A stretch of DNA of 64,000 bases from Candidatus Eiseniibacteriota bacterium (GTDB taxonomy: Bacteria; Eisenbacteria; RBG-16-71-46; DASYSL01): contig JBKJJJ010000174.1 in the NCBI GenBank assembly GCA_046598045.1, forward strand, positions 49,291 through 113,290, written 5' to 3'. Position numbers and translations under genes: made by a program. Below are positions 37,185-47,407 of this stretch, piece after piece. The notes under the pieces were generated by a model. It did not search any database. It worked only from the letters and a program-made list of their open reading frames with translations, and was not told where the DNA came from. Each line of letters opens with the position of its first letter. Position 1 is the first letter of the stretch.

Positions 37185-39157
37185 GCGGCCTGGTCCTGGC
37201 TTTCCTCGAGCGCCTTCCTGCTGGCGCCCCGCACCGCGGGAATGAGGCTCCGGGCGTGCCGCCTGAGCACGGCCTGGGCATCGGGATCGTTCATGTGCGC
37301 CAGCGCCTGGGCGGCGAGTTCGCGGCGCGCGCGCAGGTCGCTGCCGCCGCCGAGGCGCCACAGGCCGAGCCACGCGTCGAGCGTGGCCAGCACCACGGGA
37401 CCGCCGACGCCGACCAGCGTGTCGAAGTAGGCGCCGCGCTCCACCGTCGATTGCTCCGCGAAGCGCGGGCCGCCGAGCACGGCGAGCAGCCGCTCGGCGA
37501 GCGCGCGGCTTTCCTGCGCGGCGCCGAACGACTCGCGCACCGCGTGCAGGCCGGCCGCGCGGACCTGGGGATCGTCGTCGTCGAGCGCGCGCAGGAGATA
37601 AGGCCGCGAGTTGGGGTTGCCCGTCGCGGCGATCGCGGCGATCGCCTCCTTGCGCACGCGGGCCTCCACGTGCGACGTGGCGGCCGTGAGCGCCTGCTCG
37701 GCGTCGGGGCTGCCGACCTGCGCAAGCACCTGCACGAGCAACCGCGCGGCCGCGGGCGGCGCGTGATCGATGCGCCCGCGCACGGCGGCGAGATCCTGCT
37801 TCGCGAGCTCGACCAGCGCGAGCTGGAGGTAGCCGTGCAGCGAGTGCAGGTCGACGTCGACCAGCAGGTCCACGACCGGGTCGATCACGCGCGGACCGAG
37901 GTGCACGAGAAATTCGGGAAGCAACGATCCGTCGGCCTCGGGGTGGCGCCCGAGCGCGGACACCGCTTGCGCGGTGAGATCGCGCACGTCGGGCATGAAG
38001 CCCTGTGGGTCGTGCCCGCGGCTGGCGGAGAGGGTCTTGAGCGTCGCGACGATCTCGACCGCGTGGCGGAGGTCGGCCTCCTGCACGACGACGATCAGCA
38101 GGTCGCCGAACGCGCGCGCGAGATCGGCGAACGCCTCGGGCTTGGTCTCGATCTCGGCGACCTCGGTCAGGATCTCGAGCACCACGTCGTGCAGCGAGCG
38201 CGAGTGCTCGCGGTGGATCTCCTCGGCGAGCGCCTCGATCTCCTGCGACGTGAGATGCAGGAAGTCGCTCGAGCAGCTCTCGTCGACGTGCGCCACCGGC
38301 ACGAGTTCGTTCCAGTCGTCGGCGCGGTGGCCGGAGCCGCCGTCCTCCGCGGTCCAGCCGTGATGCTCGGTCCAGGGCACGCCGGTCAGCTCGTCGACCG
38401 CCTCGGACTCGTCGCGCTGCGGGAACGAGAGCTCCAGCTCGGCGCGCGCCTCCGCGCTCAACTGCTGCAGGTCCATGCTCTCGTGCAGGTCGTCGATCGC
38501 GAGGTAGGCGTACGAGATGTGCGAGAACTCCTGCTCCCAGAACAGCGTCACCAGGTCGTCCTCGAGCGAGGCCGATTCCATCGCGTGCGCCATCACCGAG
38601 AGGAAATCCTCGAGCTCCTCGGAGGCGAGGCCCTCCTGGAAGACCAGCTCGGTGATGCCGTCCTTCGAGAAGCGGAACGCGATCGATTCCTTCTTGCTCG
38701 TGTTGTTGTAGATGCTCTGCCCGAGGAACAGGAGGTCGAACTGCTGCACGGTGACGTGGACGTCGCCGACGGCCTCGAGCGTCTCCGACATCGCGATCGT
38801 GGCTTCGGCGAGGATCCGTTGGAGCTGGGGATTGTTCGCCGGATACATGCGCTTGGCCTTGAGCGCGCGCACCAGGATGCGCATCAGGTCGCGCAGCCGC
38901 CCGATGGTCTGCTGCTCGCGCTGTTCGGCATCGAGCGCGGCGAGTCCCGGGGCGAGCGGAGTTCCCGCCGCCTCGCCGGCGGAAGTCGGGGACGACTCGT
39001 CGTCGTCGCCGGGCTCCACCGTCGAACCGAAACCGTTGATGGGCGTGTTCGGCAGTTTCAGGGGCTTCATGCGGGCGGGCGTGTTGCTGATGCCCTCGCC
39101 GCGCGAGCCCGGCCCGCCGGCCATGCCGCGTTCGTCTTCGGGTTGATCCACGGGCAT
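37181..39157 (-). CDS. HEAT repeat protein
   Basis: C-terminal HEAT/PBS repeats (ARVRKEAIAAI, LRALDDDDPQVRAAG). Confidence 0.8.
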   Translation of the reverse strand: MPVDQPEDERGMAGGPGSRGEGISNTPARMKPLKLPNTPINGFGSTVEPGDDDESSPTSAGEAAGTPLAPGLAALDAEQREQQTIGRLRDLMRILVRALKAKRMYPANNPQLQRILAEATIAMSETLEAVGDVHVTVQQFDLLFLGQSIYNNTSKKESIAFRFSKDGITELVFQEGLASEELEDFLSVMAHAMESASLEDDLVTLFWEQEFSHISYAYLAIDDLHESMDLQQLSAEARAELELSFPQRDESEAVDELTGVPWTEHHGWTAEDGGSGHRADDWNELVPVAHVDESCSSDFLHLTSQEIEALAEEIHREHSRSLHDVVLEILTEVAEIETKPEAFADLARAFGDLLIVVVQEADLRHAVEIVATLKTLSASRGHDPQGFMPDVRDLTAQAVSALGRHPEADGSLLPEFLVHLGPRVIDPVVDLLVDVDLHSLHGYLQLALVELAKQDLAAVRGRIDHAPPAAARLLVQVLAQVGSPDAEQALTAATSHVEARVRKEAIAAIAATGNPNSRPYLLRALDDDDPQVRAAGLHAVRESFGAAQESRALAERLLAVLGGPRFAEQSTVERGAYFDTLVGVGGPVVLATLDAWLGLWRLGGGSDLRARRELAAQALAHMNDPDAQAVLRRHARSLIPAVRGASRKALEESQDQAA

Positions 39158-39274
39158 GCTCCCTCCGAGCCGGTTATCGGCGAAAGGGGGGCGTCCCTGA
39201 AGGGAAACCGTGTTGCAATCTGCATCGGAAGGAATGGTTGACCGCGCGCCCGCGCGCGCCTACGGTGCGAACAG

Positions 39275-39437
39275 TTTCGATCGGGTGCCCTGCAGCCAGG
39301 GGTGAAAAGGGAAGGGGGTGCGAATCCCCCACGATCCCGTCACTGTGATGGGCGAGCCGCGATTCCACGATGCCACTGGCCGCAAGGCCGGGAAGGCGGA
39401 ACCGGCGCCGAGCCCTCAGTCAGGAGACCTGCCCGGT
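39275..39437 (+). ncRNA. Cobalamin riboswitch
   Basis: GGTGCC...AAAAGGGAAGGGGGTGCGAATCCCC...CACTGTGA...GCCACTG...GGGAAGG...AGTCAGGAGACCTGCC (B12 box) upstream of a TonB receptor. Confidence 0.93.
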
Positions 39438-39570
39438 CCACGTTCCCGTGACTCTCCGCGAGAGAGAGGCTGGGCGATTTTCCCGTCCCGCCAAAGCGGG
39501 CGCCCGCCCGCCGCTCTCCCGTCGTGACGAGTCGCATGCCTGGACCAGCCACGAGGCGGGAGACCTCGTC

Positions 39571-41601
39571 GTGTCCTTCGTTCCCGCAATGGCATTGCTC
39601 GTGGCGCTCGCCTCCGGCGACAGCGTGCTCACGCTGCCGGGCGTCGAGGTGCGCGACGCGCGCCCGCTCGACGACCCGGCGCTCCGCCGCGCCCCGGGGT
39701 TCGCGCGCTCGTACGACGTGACGCCGGCCTACGGCCGCCTCGGCACGGTGAGCGACCTGCTCGCGCGCGGCGTGGGCGTCCACGTGCGCCAGTTCGGCGG
39801 GCTCGGCGCGTTCAGCGCGGTGTCGATCCGCGGCTCCTCGAGCGCGCAGGTCGCGTACTACCTCGACGGCGCTCCGCTCAACCAGGCGCAGTACGGCGTG
39901 GTCAATGCCGCCGACCTGCCGATCGAGGCGCTGTCGCGCATCGAGGTCTACCGCGGCGGCGCACCGCTCGCGTTCGATGCACCCGGGGGCGGCGTGGTCG
40001 AGCTGGTCACGCGCGACGACCCGGGCCGCTGGATGCGCGCCGACCTCGGCGGCGGCAGCTTCGGCACGCGCAAGCTGGACCTCGCATTGGGCGCGACCCG
40101 CGCGCGCACCACGCTCATGGCCGTCGTGCAGAGCCTCGCGAGCCACGGCGACTTCCGCTACCTCGACGACAACGCCACCGATGCCAACACGGACGACGAC
40201 ACGCTGCGCACGCGCGCGAACAACGCATTCGATTCTTACGCGGTCACCGCGCGCGTGGCGCAGGGCGTGGGCCCGGCACGGATCGCGCTGACACATGACC
40301 GCCTCGGCAAGCGCCAGGGCGTACCGGGCACGGGCGCGAACACCGCGCTCGCGGCGCGGCTGCGCACCGACCGCGCGGTGAGCGTGCTGCGCGCGGCCGC
40401 CGAGACCTGGCCGCTCACGCCCGTGCAGTCGTTCTTCTACGCGCAGCAACGCGACCGCTTCTCGGACCTCGCGCGGGAGTTGAGCGGGACGAAGCAGGAC
40501 AACGACGATCACACCACGCGCTACGGGGCGCGCACCGAGGCTGCGCTTGCGCTGCCCGGCGCGCTCGGCGGCACGCATCGCCTCGCGCTGCTGGGCGAGG
40601 CGCGGCGCGAACGCTACACGCCGAAGATCAACCTGCCCGCGCCACGCGTGCTCGCCACGTCGCAGCGCGAGGTCGCGATTTATGGCGCGGAAGATCGCTG
40701 GTCTCCGGGCCGCGGCCGGCTCGGGCTGACCGCGCAGGCCCGGCGCGAGCTGACGTTCGACGCGTTCCCCGCCGGACCGGCGTATCCGGGCGCGCTCCCG
40801 TCGCCGGCTGCTGACCGGACGATCCGCCTGACGCGCTGGACCGTGGCTGCGCACGTGGAGTTGGTGCGCGGCACGGCGGGGACGCTCGCGCTTCGCACCT
40901 CGCTCGCGCGGCTCGCGCGCACGCCCACGCTCGAGGAGCTGTTCGGCAACCGCGGGGGCGTGCACGGCAACCGCGACGCGCTGCCCGAGCGGGTGCTCAC
41001 GCGCGACGCCGGGCTGACCGGCGCGTGGACGCTCGCGCAAGGCGGCGCGGCGCGGCCGCGCGCGCTCGAGGCCCAGCTGTCGGCGTACCGCTCGGACGCA
41101 GACGACTTGCTGGTGTTCATCCAGAACTCCGCGCGCACGTCGGTGGCGCAGAACGTGGCGGCGGCGCGGCTCGAGGGCATCGAGCTGGCGTCGCGCGCGG
41201 CGTGGGCGTGGGGCCTCTCCGCCGATCTTTCGTGGACGCGCCAGTGGACGCGCGACCAGGGGCAGGTCGCGTACTGGCGCGGCAAGGACCTGCCCGGCCG
41301 CCCGCGCGACGAGGCCAGCCTCGGGCTGTCGCTCGAGCGCGGCCCGGTGCGCGGCTTCGGCGAGCTGCACGCCACTTCCCCCTTCCATCTCGATCGCTAC
41401 AACCAGGTCACGATCCCGGCACGCGCACTGGTCGACGTCGGCGCGTCGTACGCATTTGCCGGGCGCACCACCGATGTCGTCCTCGAATGCCGCAACGTGG
41501 GCGACGCGCACGTGCAGGACTTCGGCGGCTATCCCCTTCCCGGGCGCTCGTGGGCGCTGGGCATCCGTTTCCATCTCGATCGAAAGGCAGATCTCCCGTG
41601 A
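39571..41601 (+). CDS. TonB-dependent receptor, probably for cobalamin (BtuB-like)
   Basis: Plug domain (SIRGSSSAQV..LDG, RIEVYRG), C-terminal GYPLPGRSW; riboswitch upstream; start approximate. Confidence 0.85.
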   Translation: MSFVPAMALLVALASGDSVLTLPGVEVRDARPLDDPALRRAPGFARSYDVTPAYGRLGTVSDLLARGVGVHVRQFGGLGAFSAVSIRGSSSAQVAYYLDGAPLNQAQYGVVNAADLPIEALSRIEVYRGGAPLAFDAPGGGVVELVTRDDPGRWMRADLGGGSFGTRKLDLALGATRARTTLMAVVQSLASHGDFRYLDDNATDANTDDDTLRTRANNAFDSYAVTARVAQGVGPARIALTHDRLGKRQGVPGTGANTALAARLRTDRAVSVLRAAAETWPLTPVQSFFYAQQRDRFSDLARELSGTKQDNDDHTTRYGARTEAALALPGALGGTHRLALLGEARRERYTPKINLPAPRVLATSQREVAIYGAEDRWSPGRGRLGLTAQARRELTFDAFPAGPAYPGALPSPAADRTIRLTRWTVAAHVELVRGTAGTLALRTSLARLARTPTLEELFGNRGGVHGNRDALPERVLTRDAGLTGAWTLAQGGAARPRALEAQLSAYRSDADDLLVFIQNSARTSVAQNVAAARLEGIELASRAAWAWGLSADLSWTRQWTRDQGQVAYWRGKDLPGRPRDEASLGLSLERGPVRGFGELHATSPFHLDRYNQVTIPARALVDVGASYAFAGRTTDVVLECRNVGDAHVQDFGGYPLPGRSWALGIRFHLDRKADLP

Positions 41602-43037
41602 ATCTCCGCCCGTCCCTCCTGGTCCTCCTGTTCCTCGGCGCGCTCGCGCCCGGCGCGAGCGCCGCCGAAACCCGCGCCTACGTGTACTGCACCGACTTCG
41701 GCTCCGGTGCGATCTCGACCGTCGAGTTCGGCCCGCCGCGCACCGCGATCAACAACCGGGCGAGCGTGGGCTCCGACGCGGTCGTGCGCTGGTTCGGCGG
41801 GCAGCTCTACGTGGTCGAGCGCTTCGGCCTCGACAACATCCGCATCCTCGACCCGGCGACGTTCGCCGTGGTGCGGCAGTTCTCGGTCGGCAACGGCTCG
41901 AACCCGAACGACATCTACGTGGTCTCGCCGACCAGGGCCTACGTCACGCGTTATGACAAGCCGGACCTGTGGATCGTGAACCCCTCGACCGGCGCGTTCG
42001 TGAGCAGCATCTCGCTGGCACCATTTGCCGATCCCGACGGCCTGCCCGAGATGAACCGGCTCACCTACCACGCGGGGCGCCTGTTCGTGTCGTGCCAGCG
42101 GCTCAATCGCGACAACTTCTTTTCGCCCACGGACTCGAGCCTCGTGGTCGTGATCGACACGGAGACCAACCAGTTCGTGGACGCGGACCCGACCCTACCC
42201 GGCGCACAGGGCATCCTCCTGCCGCGCACGAACCCGACGACCGAGTTCGCCACCACGCCCGAGGGCGACTTCCTGCTCGGCTGCACCGGGGCTTACAGCG
42301 TGAACGATGGCGGCGTGGCGCGGATCGACCCGCGCGCGCTCACGTCGACCACGGTCGAGGTGACCGAGGGAGAGCTCGGCGGCGACGTCAACGACGTGGC
42401 GATCGGCCCGGGGGCGAGCGGCGTCGCGCGCGCGTTCTGCGTCGTGAGCGATCCGGCGTTCAACACCAACCTCGTGTCCTACCAACGCTCGGGCGCGCCG
42501 TCGGTGGCGACGGTGTTCCCCGGTGTCGGCTTCGTGCTCGGGGACGTCGAGGTCAACGACCGGGACGAGGTGTGGCTGTGCGATCGCACCGGGACCGGAC
42601 CCGGCGTGCGCGTGTTCGACGCGGTCACGAACGCGCAGCTCACCGCGAGCGCGATCTTCACCGGGTTGCCGCCCTCGGACATCTCGTTCGACGTGGTCGA
42701 GCCCGTCGGCGTTCCGGGCCCGCCGCCCGCAGCCGCGGTCAGCGTGGCGTTCGCGGGCATCGCCCCGAACCCGGCGGTCGGGGGCGCCCCGACGACGATA
42801 CGCCTGCGCGCAGAGGTGGCCGGCGCGCTGCGCGTCTCGATCGTGGACGCCGCAGGCCGCCTGCTCCGGACCTGGCGGCTCGAAACCGCCGCCGGGGAGC
42901 GGGTCCTGGCCTGGGACGGCCGGGACGAGGCGGGCCGGGCGGCCCCGGCGGGCGTGTACCTCGTCCGCGCCGCGCTCGACGATCAGCCGGGCGTCGCGAG
43001 CGCGCGACTGGTCCGACTGGCCCCGGCGCGGCTATAA
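41598..43037 (+). CDS. Secreted beta-propeller (YncE/BtuG-like) with FlgD-Ig/T9SS-like C-terminal domain
   Basis: Signal peptide; NPNDI.VVSPTRAYVTRY blades; PNP...DAAGR...WDGRD..G..APAGVY tail. Confidence 0.8.
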   Translation: MNLRPSLLVLLFLGALAPGASAAETRAYVYCTDFGSGAISTVEFGPPRTAINNRASVGSDAVVRWFGGQLYVVERFGLDNIRILDPATFAVVRQFSVGNGSNPNDIYVVSPTRAYVTRYDKPDLWIVNPSTGAFVSSISLAPFADPDGLPEMNRLTYHAGRLFVSCQRLNRDNFFSPTDSSLVVVIDTETNQFVDADPTLPGAQGILLPRTNPTTEFATTPEGDFLLGCTGAYSVNDGGVARIDPRALTSTTVEVTEGELGGDVNDVAIGPGASGVARAFCVVSDPAFNTNLVSYQRSGAPSVATVFPGVGFVLGDVEVNDRDEVWLCDRTGTGPGVRVFDAVTNAQLTASAIFTGLPPSDISFDVVEPVGVPGPPPAAAVSVAFAGIAPNPAVGGAPTTIRLRAEVAGALRVSIVDAAGRLLRTWRLETAAGERVLAWDGRDEAGRAAPAGVYLVRAALDDQPGVASARLVRLAPARL

Positions 43038-43121
43038 TCGAAGGCCCGGGGGCGGCGGCTTGCCCCGCCGCCCCGTTCGCTTGAATGCAGCTCGCTCGAG
43101 GTCCCCTCAGGGAGTGTCCGG

Positions 43122-44207
43122 ATGTTCACCGTGCCCCATCGTCCCCTGCGCGCCCTCGCTGCCGCCCTTTTCGTGACCGCCGTCCTGGTCACCGCGTTGC
43201 CCGGTCGCGCCGAGTCGCCCTGCGCCGGTTCGTTCTGCTGGATCCAGCGCGGCAACTACGCGGGGCTCGAGTTCACCGCCCTGCTCTCGCCCCCCGGCAA
43301 CCCGTGCGTCGTGGCGTGGACCGCGCTCTCGAACGGCGGGCTCGGCGTGTCGACCGATTGCGGCGCGCAGTACGCGAACCTGTTCCAACTCAGCGCCTAC
43401 GACGTGACCGCGCGCGACTCGAACGTGGGTTACGTCGCCGCCGGCGCGCTCGGCATCGCGAAGACCAAGGACACGGGATCGAACTGGTTCGCGATCAACA
43501 GCGGCCTGCCCGCGTTCCCCGACGCGCGCGCGATCCTCCTGCACGTGGCGAAGCCGGACTCGGCGTTCTGCGGCCTGCACGGCGGCGGCGTGTTCATCGG
43601 CGGCCCCAAGGCCGGCGGCGGCACGGACTCGCTCATGCAGTGGACCGCGATCAACGAGGGTCTCTTAGACCTCAACGTGCGCGCGCTGGCGCGCGTGCGC
43701 GGCGGCACGTTCCTGGTCGCCGCGACCGACGGCGGCATCTGGCGCCGCGGCAACAACGTGTGGTTGCTGGTCGGCCCCGCGGTGGTGGCGAACGCGCTGG
43801 TGATCGACTCGGCGGATTCGAGCCGCGTCTACGCCGCGACCGAGAACGGCGTCTACCGCAGCCTCAACCAGGGCCTGTCGTGGTTCCCGTCGTCGGCCGG
43901 CCTTCCCTTGAACACGCCGGTGAACGACATCGCGCGCCGCACCGACAACTCCGCGGTGCTCTACATCGGGACGCGCGGGCAGGGCGTGTGGCAGAGCACG
44001 AATTACGGCGCGAACTGGACGCCGTTCGGCCCGCCGCTGCCGGGCGACAACGACGTGCGCGCCGTGCTGTGCGCGGTGGGCGCGGCCGCGCCCGACTCTG
44101 CGAACGTGTTCGCCGGGACGCGCGCGAACGGGCTCTTCCAGAACGGCTACTCGACGCCCGCGCGGCCGGTGACCTGGGGCCAGATCAAGGACCGGTATCG
44201 GCGGTAA
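43122..44207 (+). CDS. Secreted BNR/Asp-box beta-propeller with C-terminal TWGQIKDRYRR motif
   Basis: S.D.G..W repeats (TKDTGSNW, SLNQGLSW, STNYGANW); signal peptide. Confidence 0.8.
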   Translation: MFTVPHRPLRALAAALFVTAVLVTALPGRAESPCAGSFCWIQRGNYAGLEFTALLSPPGNPCVVAWTALSNGGLGVSTDCGAQYANLFQLSAYDVTARDSNVGYVAAGALGIAKTKDTGSNWFAINSGLPAFPDARAILLHVAKPDSAFCGLHGGGVFIGGPKAGGGTDSLMQWTAINEGLLDLNVRALARVRGGTFLVAATDGGIWRRGNNVWLLVGPAVVANALVIDSADSSRVYAATENGVYRSLNQGLSWFPSSAGLPLNTPVNDIARRTDNSAVLYIGTRGQGVWQSTNYGANWTPFGPPLPGDNDVRAVLCAVGAAAPDSANVFAGTRANGLFQNGYSTPARPVTWGQIKDRYRR

Positions 44208-44208
44208 G

Positions 44209-45453
44209 CTAGAAGTCGATGCGAGTCGTCGTCACTTCGCCCGCCCGGACGACCACCGAGTCCGTGGCGGGCGAATCGTTGCGGCCCGCCGCGCGCGCGA
44301 AGATCCGGTACAGCCCGGGCGCGAGATTGAGCCGCACCGCGGGCGCGCCCTGCGTCTGCGCGAGCGCCGCGCTCGCGGCGCCCCCGCCGCCCGCGGCCGC
44401 CCCCCAGAGGGGATCGAACTCGACCGTCGCGCCGTCGAGCACCGCGCCGCTCTCAGCCGCGCGCGCGTCGACCAGCACGTGGCCGCGCGCCCCATCCGGC
44501 GCCGGCCCTCCGGCGGAGAGCGCCCAGGCAGAGAGCGTGTCGGGCGGCACGATCACCTGCGATAGCGTGGTGTCCTGGTCGAGCGCCTGCGGCCAGCTCA
44601 CGGTCGGCAGGAAGCCCGCGGCCGTCACGCGCGCGACGTAGCGCCCCGCCGACAGGCCGACCAGCGAAAACTGGGAGAGGAAATTCGTGGTCGAGGTCAC
44701 CCCGGCGGTCGGGCCCTCGAGCACGCTCACGAGCGCGCCCGCGACCGGCGTTCCGCTCGAGCGCGCGGCGAACACAAAGCCGTTGAAGTTCGGCCGGGCG
44801 CGCGGCGCGGCGAACAGGACGACGCCCGGGCGCAGCGCCACATTATAAGGGCCGTCCCACACGTACCCGCCGCGCGCGAGCCCGAGCCCGAAGTCGCCGA
44901 TCGCGGCGTTGACCAGCACGATCGGGTCCTTCCCCTCGCCGGTCTGGACGAGCGTGCCGCCGGGCGAGGGCGCGAACGAGACCAGCGCGTCGCCCAGCGG
45001 CACGCCCGTGCTCTTGAGCGCGAACAGCCCGAACAGCCCCTGCGCGCGGTCCCACGCCGGCGCGCCGCGGGCGAGGAGCACGGAATCGATCTCGGCGTCG
45101 GTGAACAGCGGCACCACGGCGTCGACCAGGTTCCTGGTCACGCGAAAGTCGTAGGTCACCGTGGTGCGGCGGCCGGACCGGTCGGCGCGCAGCCGGTGGA
45201 CGCCCGCAGGCAGGCCCTGCAGCACGAAGTAGCCGTCGGCGTCGCTGGTCACGCCGCGGATCAGAGGCTCGTTCTCGACCGAGATCGTCGCGCCGGCCAC
45301 GCCCGAGATCGGGCTCGTGGTGGCGTCCACCACGCGGCCGCCCACGACGTAGACGATCGGGATCGTGAGGTCCTTCGCGCCGCCCCCGCAGCCGGCGAGC
45401 GCGAGGGCGATTGCGGCCGCCACGGATGCGCGGGTGACGCGCGCGTGCCACAC
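44209..45453 (-). CDS. Lipoprotein with carboxypeptidase-regulatory-like (transthyretin-like) domains
   Basis: Lipobox LAGC; GRVVDA...GATI...TSDADGYF.L.GLPAG repeats; start uncertain. Confidence 0.75.
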   Translation of the reverse strand: MWHARVTRASVAAAIALALAGCGGGAKDLTIPIVYVVGGRVVDATTSPISGVAGATISVENEPLIRGVTSDADGYFVLQGLPAGVHRLRADRSGRRTTVTYDFRVTRNLVDAVVPLFTDAEIDSVLLARGAPAWDRAQGLFGLFALKSTGVPLGDALVSFAPSPGGTLVQTGEGKDPIVLVNAAIGDFGLGLARGGYVWDGPYNVALRPGVVLFAAPRARPNFNGFVFAARSSGTPVAGALVSVLEGPTAGVTSTTNFLSQFSLVGLSAGRYVARVTAAGFLPTVSWPQALDQDTTLSQVIVPPDTLSAWALSAGGPAPDGARGHVLVDARAAESGAVLDGATVEFDPLWGAAAGGGGAASAALAQTQGAPAVRLNLAPGLYRIFARAAGRNDSPATDSVVVRAGEVTTTRIDF

Positions 45454-45958
45454 CGTGCGTGCCCACGCGCCACATACCGCGGCGGCGTGTGCGCCATGGC
45501 GGAACGCGTAAGCCCTGAGCTTTGTGGCGGCATGCAGGGCGCGCGCGGTGAGGGGACTCAAGCCAAGTCGGAACAATGCGTTGCGGCCTCCGTCAAGGTG
45601 TCGTCAAGCCCACGGGCGGTCAGGACCCTCGTGGCACGACGCTTGTATAAGGAATCAAACGCCGGCCGCCTGATCAAATCACGAGCCATGCAATACCTTG
45701 GCGGGTGAGCGGGGGCTCCGGGACCAGAGCGGTCCCGCGATCAGGCTGGCTGGTCCAAGTCCCGTTGCGGCGGGACTTGGACCGGTTCTTCCCGGTTCCG
45801 GCGCGGCCTTCCCGGCTGCGAACATTGTAACGCATGCCGGCGGGCCGCTCGCGCAAGTGGGCGGCCCGCGACCTTGAGGGGCGCGCCACATCCAGCGCTG
45901 CATCTTGCACTCGCGTCCAGCTCATTCATCCTGCGCGCGCCCCTTCAAGATCGCCTGC

Positions 45959-47377
45959 TCACTCCCCGAACAACCCGGCCTTCTCCAGCGGATTCGGCAC
46001 GCGCGTGTTCCAGCCGTAGGTCTCCTTCAGGAGCGCGGCGAGCGACTCCGCCGACTCCGGCTCGCCGTGCGTCAGGAACACGCGCGAAGGCGCCGGCTTG
46101 CCGAACGTGCCCGCCCAGCGCACCAACTCGGAGCGGTCCGCGTGCGCCGACAGCGCGTCGATCTTCTCGATCTGCGCGCGCACCGGCACGAACTCGCCGA
46201 ACATCTTCACTTCCTCCGCGCCCTCCAGCAGCGTGCGGCCGCGCGTGCCCGGCGCCTGGAAGCCGACGAACAGCACGATGTTGTTCGGGCCCGGCAGCCG
46301 GCTCCGCAGGTGGTGCACGATGCGGCCACCCGACGCCATGCCGCTCGCCGACACGATCACGCGCGGGCCGGGCATGGTGTTGAGTTTCTTCGACTCCTCG
46401 ACCGACTGCACGAGGTTCAGCTCGCCGAAGTAGAACGTGCAGCCCCGATCGCCCGCGTGGACGTGCGGCACCTTCTGCTCGGCGGGGTACTTGCAGTAGA
46501 TCTCGGTGGCGTCGATCGCCATCGGGCTGTCGAGGTGAACCGGGACCTTCGGGATCGAGCCGTCCTTCATGCCCTCCTTCAGGATGAGCAGGATCTCCTG
46601 CGTGCGCCCGACCGCGAACGCGGGGATGAGCAACACGCCCTTCGACTCCACGATGCGTTTCACCAGGGACGCGATGTAGGAGCGCGGGTCCTTCTCCTCG
46701 TGCTCGCGATTGCCGTACGTCGACTCCATGACCAGCAGGTCCGCGCCCGTGCTCATGTCCTCGGGGTCCCGCATGAGGAGCGAGTCGTAACGGCCGAGGT
46801 CGCCCGAGAACACGAGGCGCTTCTTCTCCCCGTTCCGCTTCACGGCGAGCTCGACGATCGCCGAGCCGAGGATGTGTCCCGCGCGGTGGAACACGACGTC
46901 GACCGAATCCGAGAGCGCGAGGCGCTTGCCGGGCTCGATGTCGTGGAACAGATCCATCGCCTGCTCGGCCTGGCGCACGGTGTAGAGCGGCAGCGCGGGC
47001 TTGTGCTTGGAGTAGCCGCGCCGGTTCGCGTACTCGGCCTCCTCCTCCTGCAGGTGCGCGCTGTCCTTGAGCATGAAATCGCACAGGTCGCGCGTGGCGG
47101 GCGTCGCCCACACCTTGCCCCTGAACCCGTCTGAAACCAGCCGGGGCAGGTAGCCCGTATGGTCGATATGCGCATGGGTCAGGACCACGTGATCGATGCC
47201 CGCCGGATCGATCGGCAAGGGCTGCCAGTTGCGGAGCCGCAGGTCCTTCAAACCCTGGAACAAACCGCAATCCACCAGCACCTGCGTGCCGCCCGCCTCG
47301 ACCAGGTACTTGGACCCGGTGACGGTGCGCGCCGCGCCCAGGAATTGCAGGCTGAAACCGCCAAAGTCGTTCGCCAA
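45959..47377 (-). CDS. Metallo-beta-lactamase / beta-CASP ribonuclease
   Basis: LGAARTVTGS, THAHIDHTG, AGHILGS, MESTYG, PAFAVGRTQE, LSAHAD, HGE. Confidence 0.92.
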   Translation of the reverse strand: MANDFGGFSLQFLGAARTVTGSKYLVEAGGTQVLVDCGLFQGLKDLRLRNWQPLPIDPAGIDHVVLTHAHIDHTGYLPRLVSDGFRGKVWATPATRDLCDFMLKDSAHLQEEEAEYANRRGYSKHKPALPLYTVRQAEQAMDLFHDIEPGKRLALSDSVDVVFHRAGHILGSAIVELAVKRNGEKKRLVFSGDLGRYDSLLMRDPEDMSTGADLLVMESTYGNREHEEKDPRSYIASLVKRIVESKGVLLIPAFAVGRTQEILLILKEGMKDGSIPKVPVHLDSPMAIDATEIYCKYPAEQKVPHVHAGDRGCTFYFGELNLVQSVEESKKLNTMPGPRVIVSASGMASGGRIVHHLRSRLPGPNNIVLFVGFQAPGTRGRTLLEGAEEVKMFGEFVPVRAQIEKIDALSAHADRSELVRWAGTFGKPAPSRVFLTHGEPESAESLAALLKETYGWNTRVPNPLEKAGLFGE

Positions 47378-47407
47378 GCTGCACCGCCCTTGCGCTAGGA
47401 TGCGAGC

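Noticed and set aside
39202..39217. GG-N10-GC sigma54-like motif upstream of the riboswitch
   Set aside because: Poor match at the -24 element (GGAAAC versus TGGCAC); could be chance
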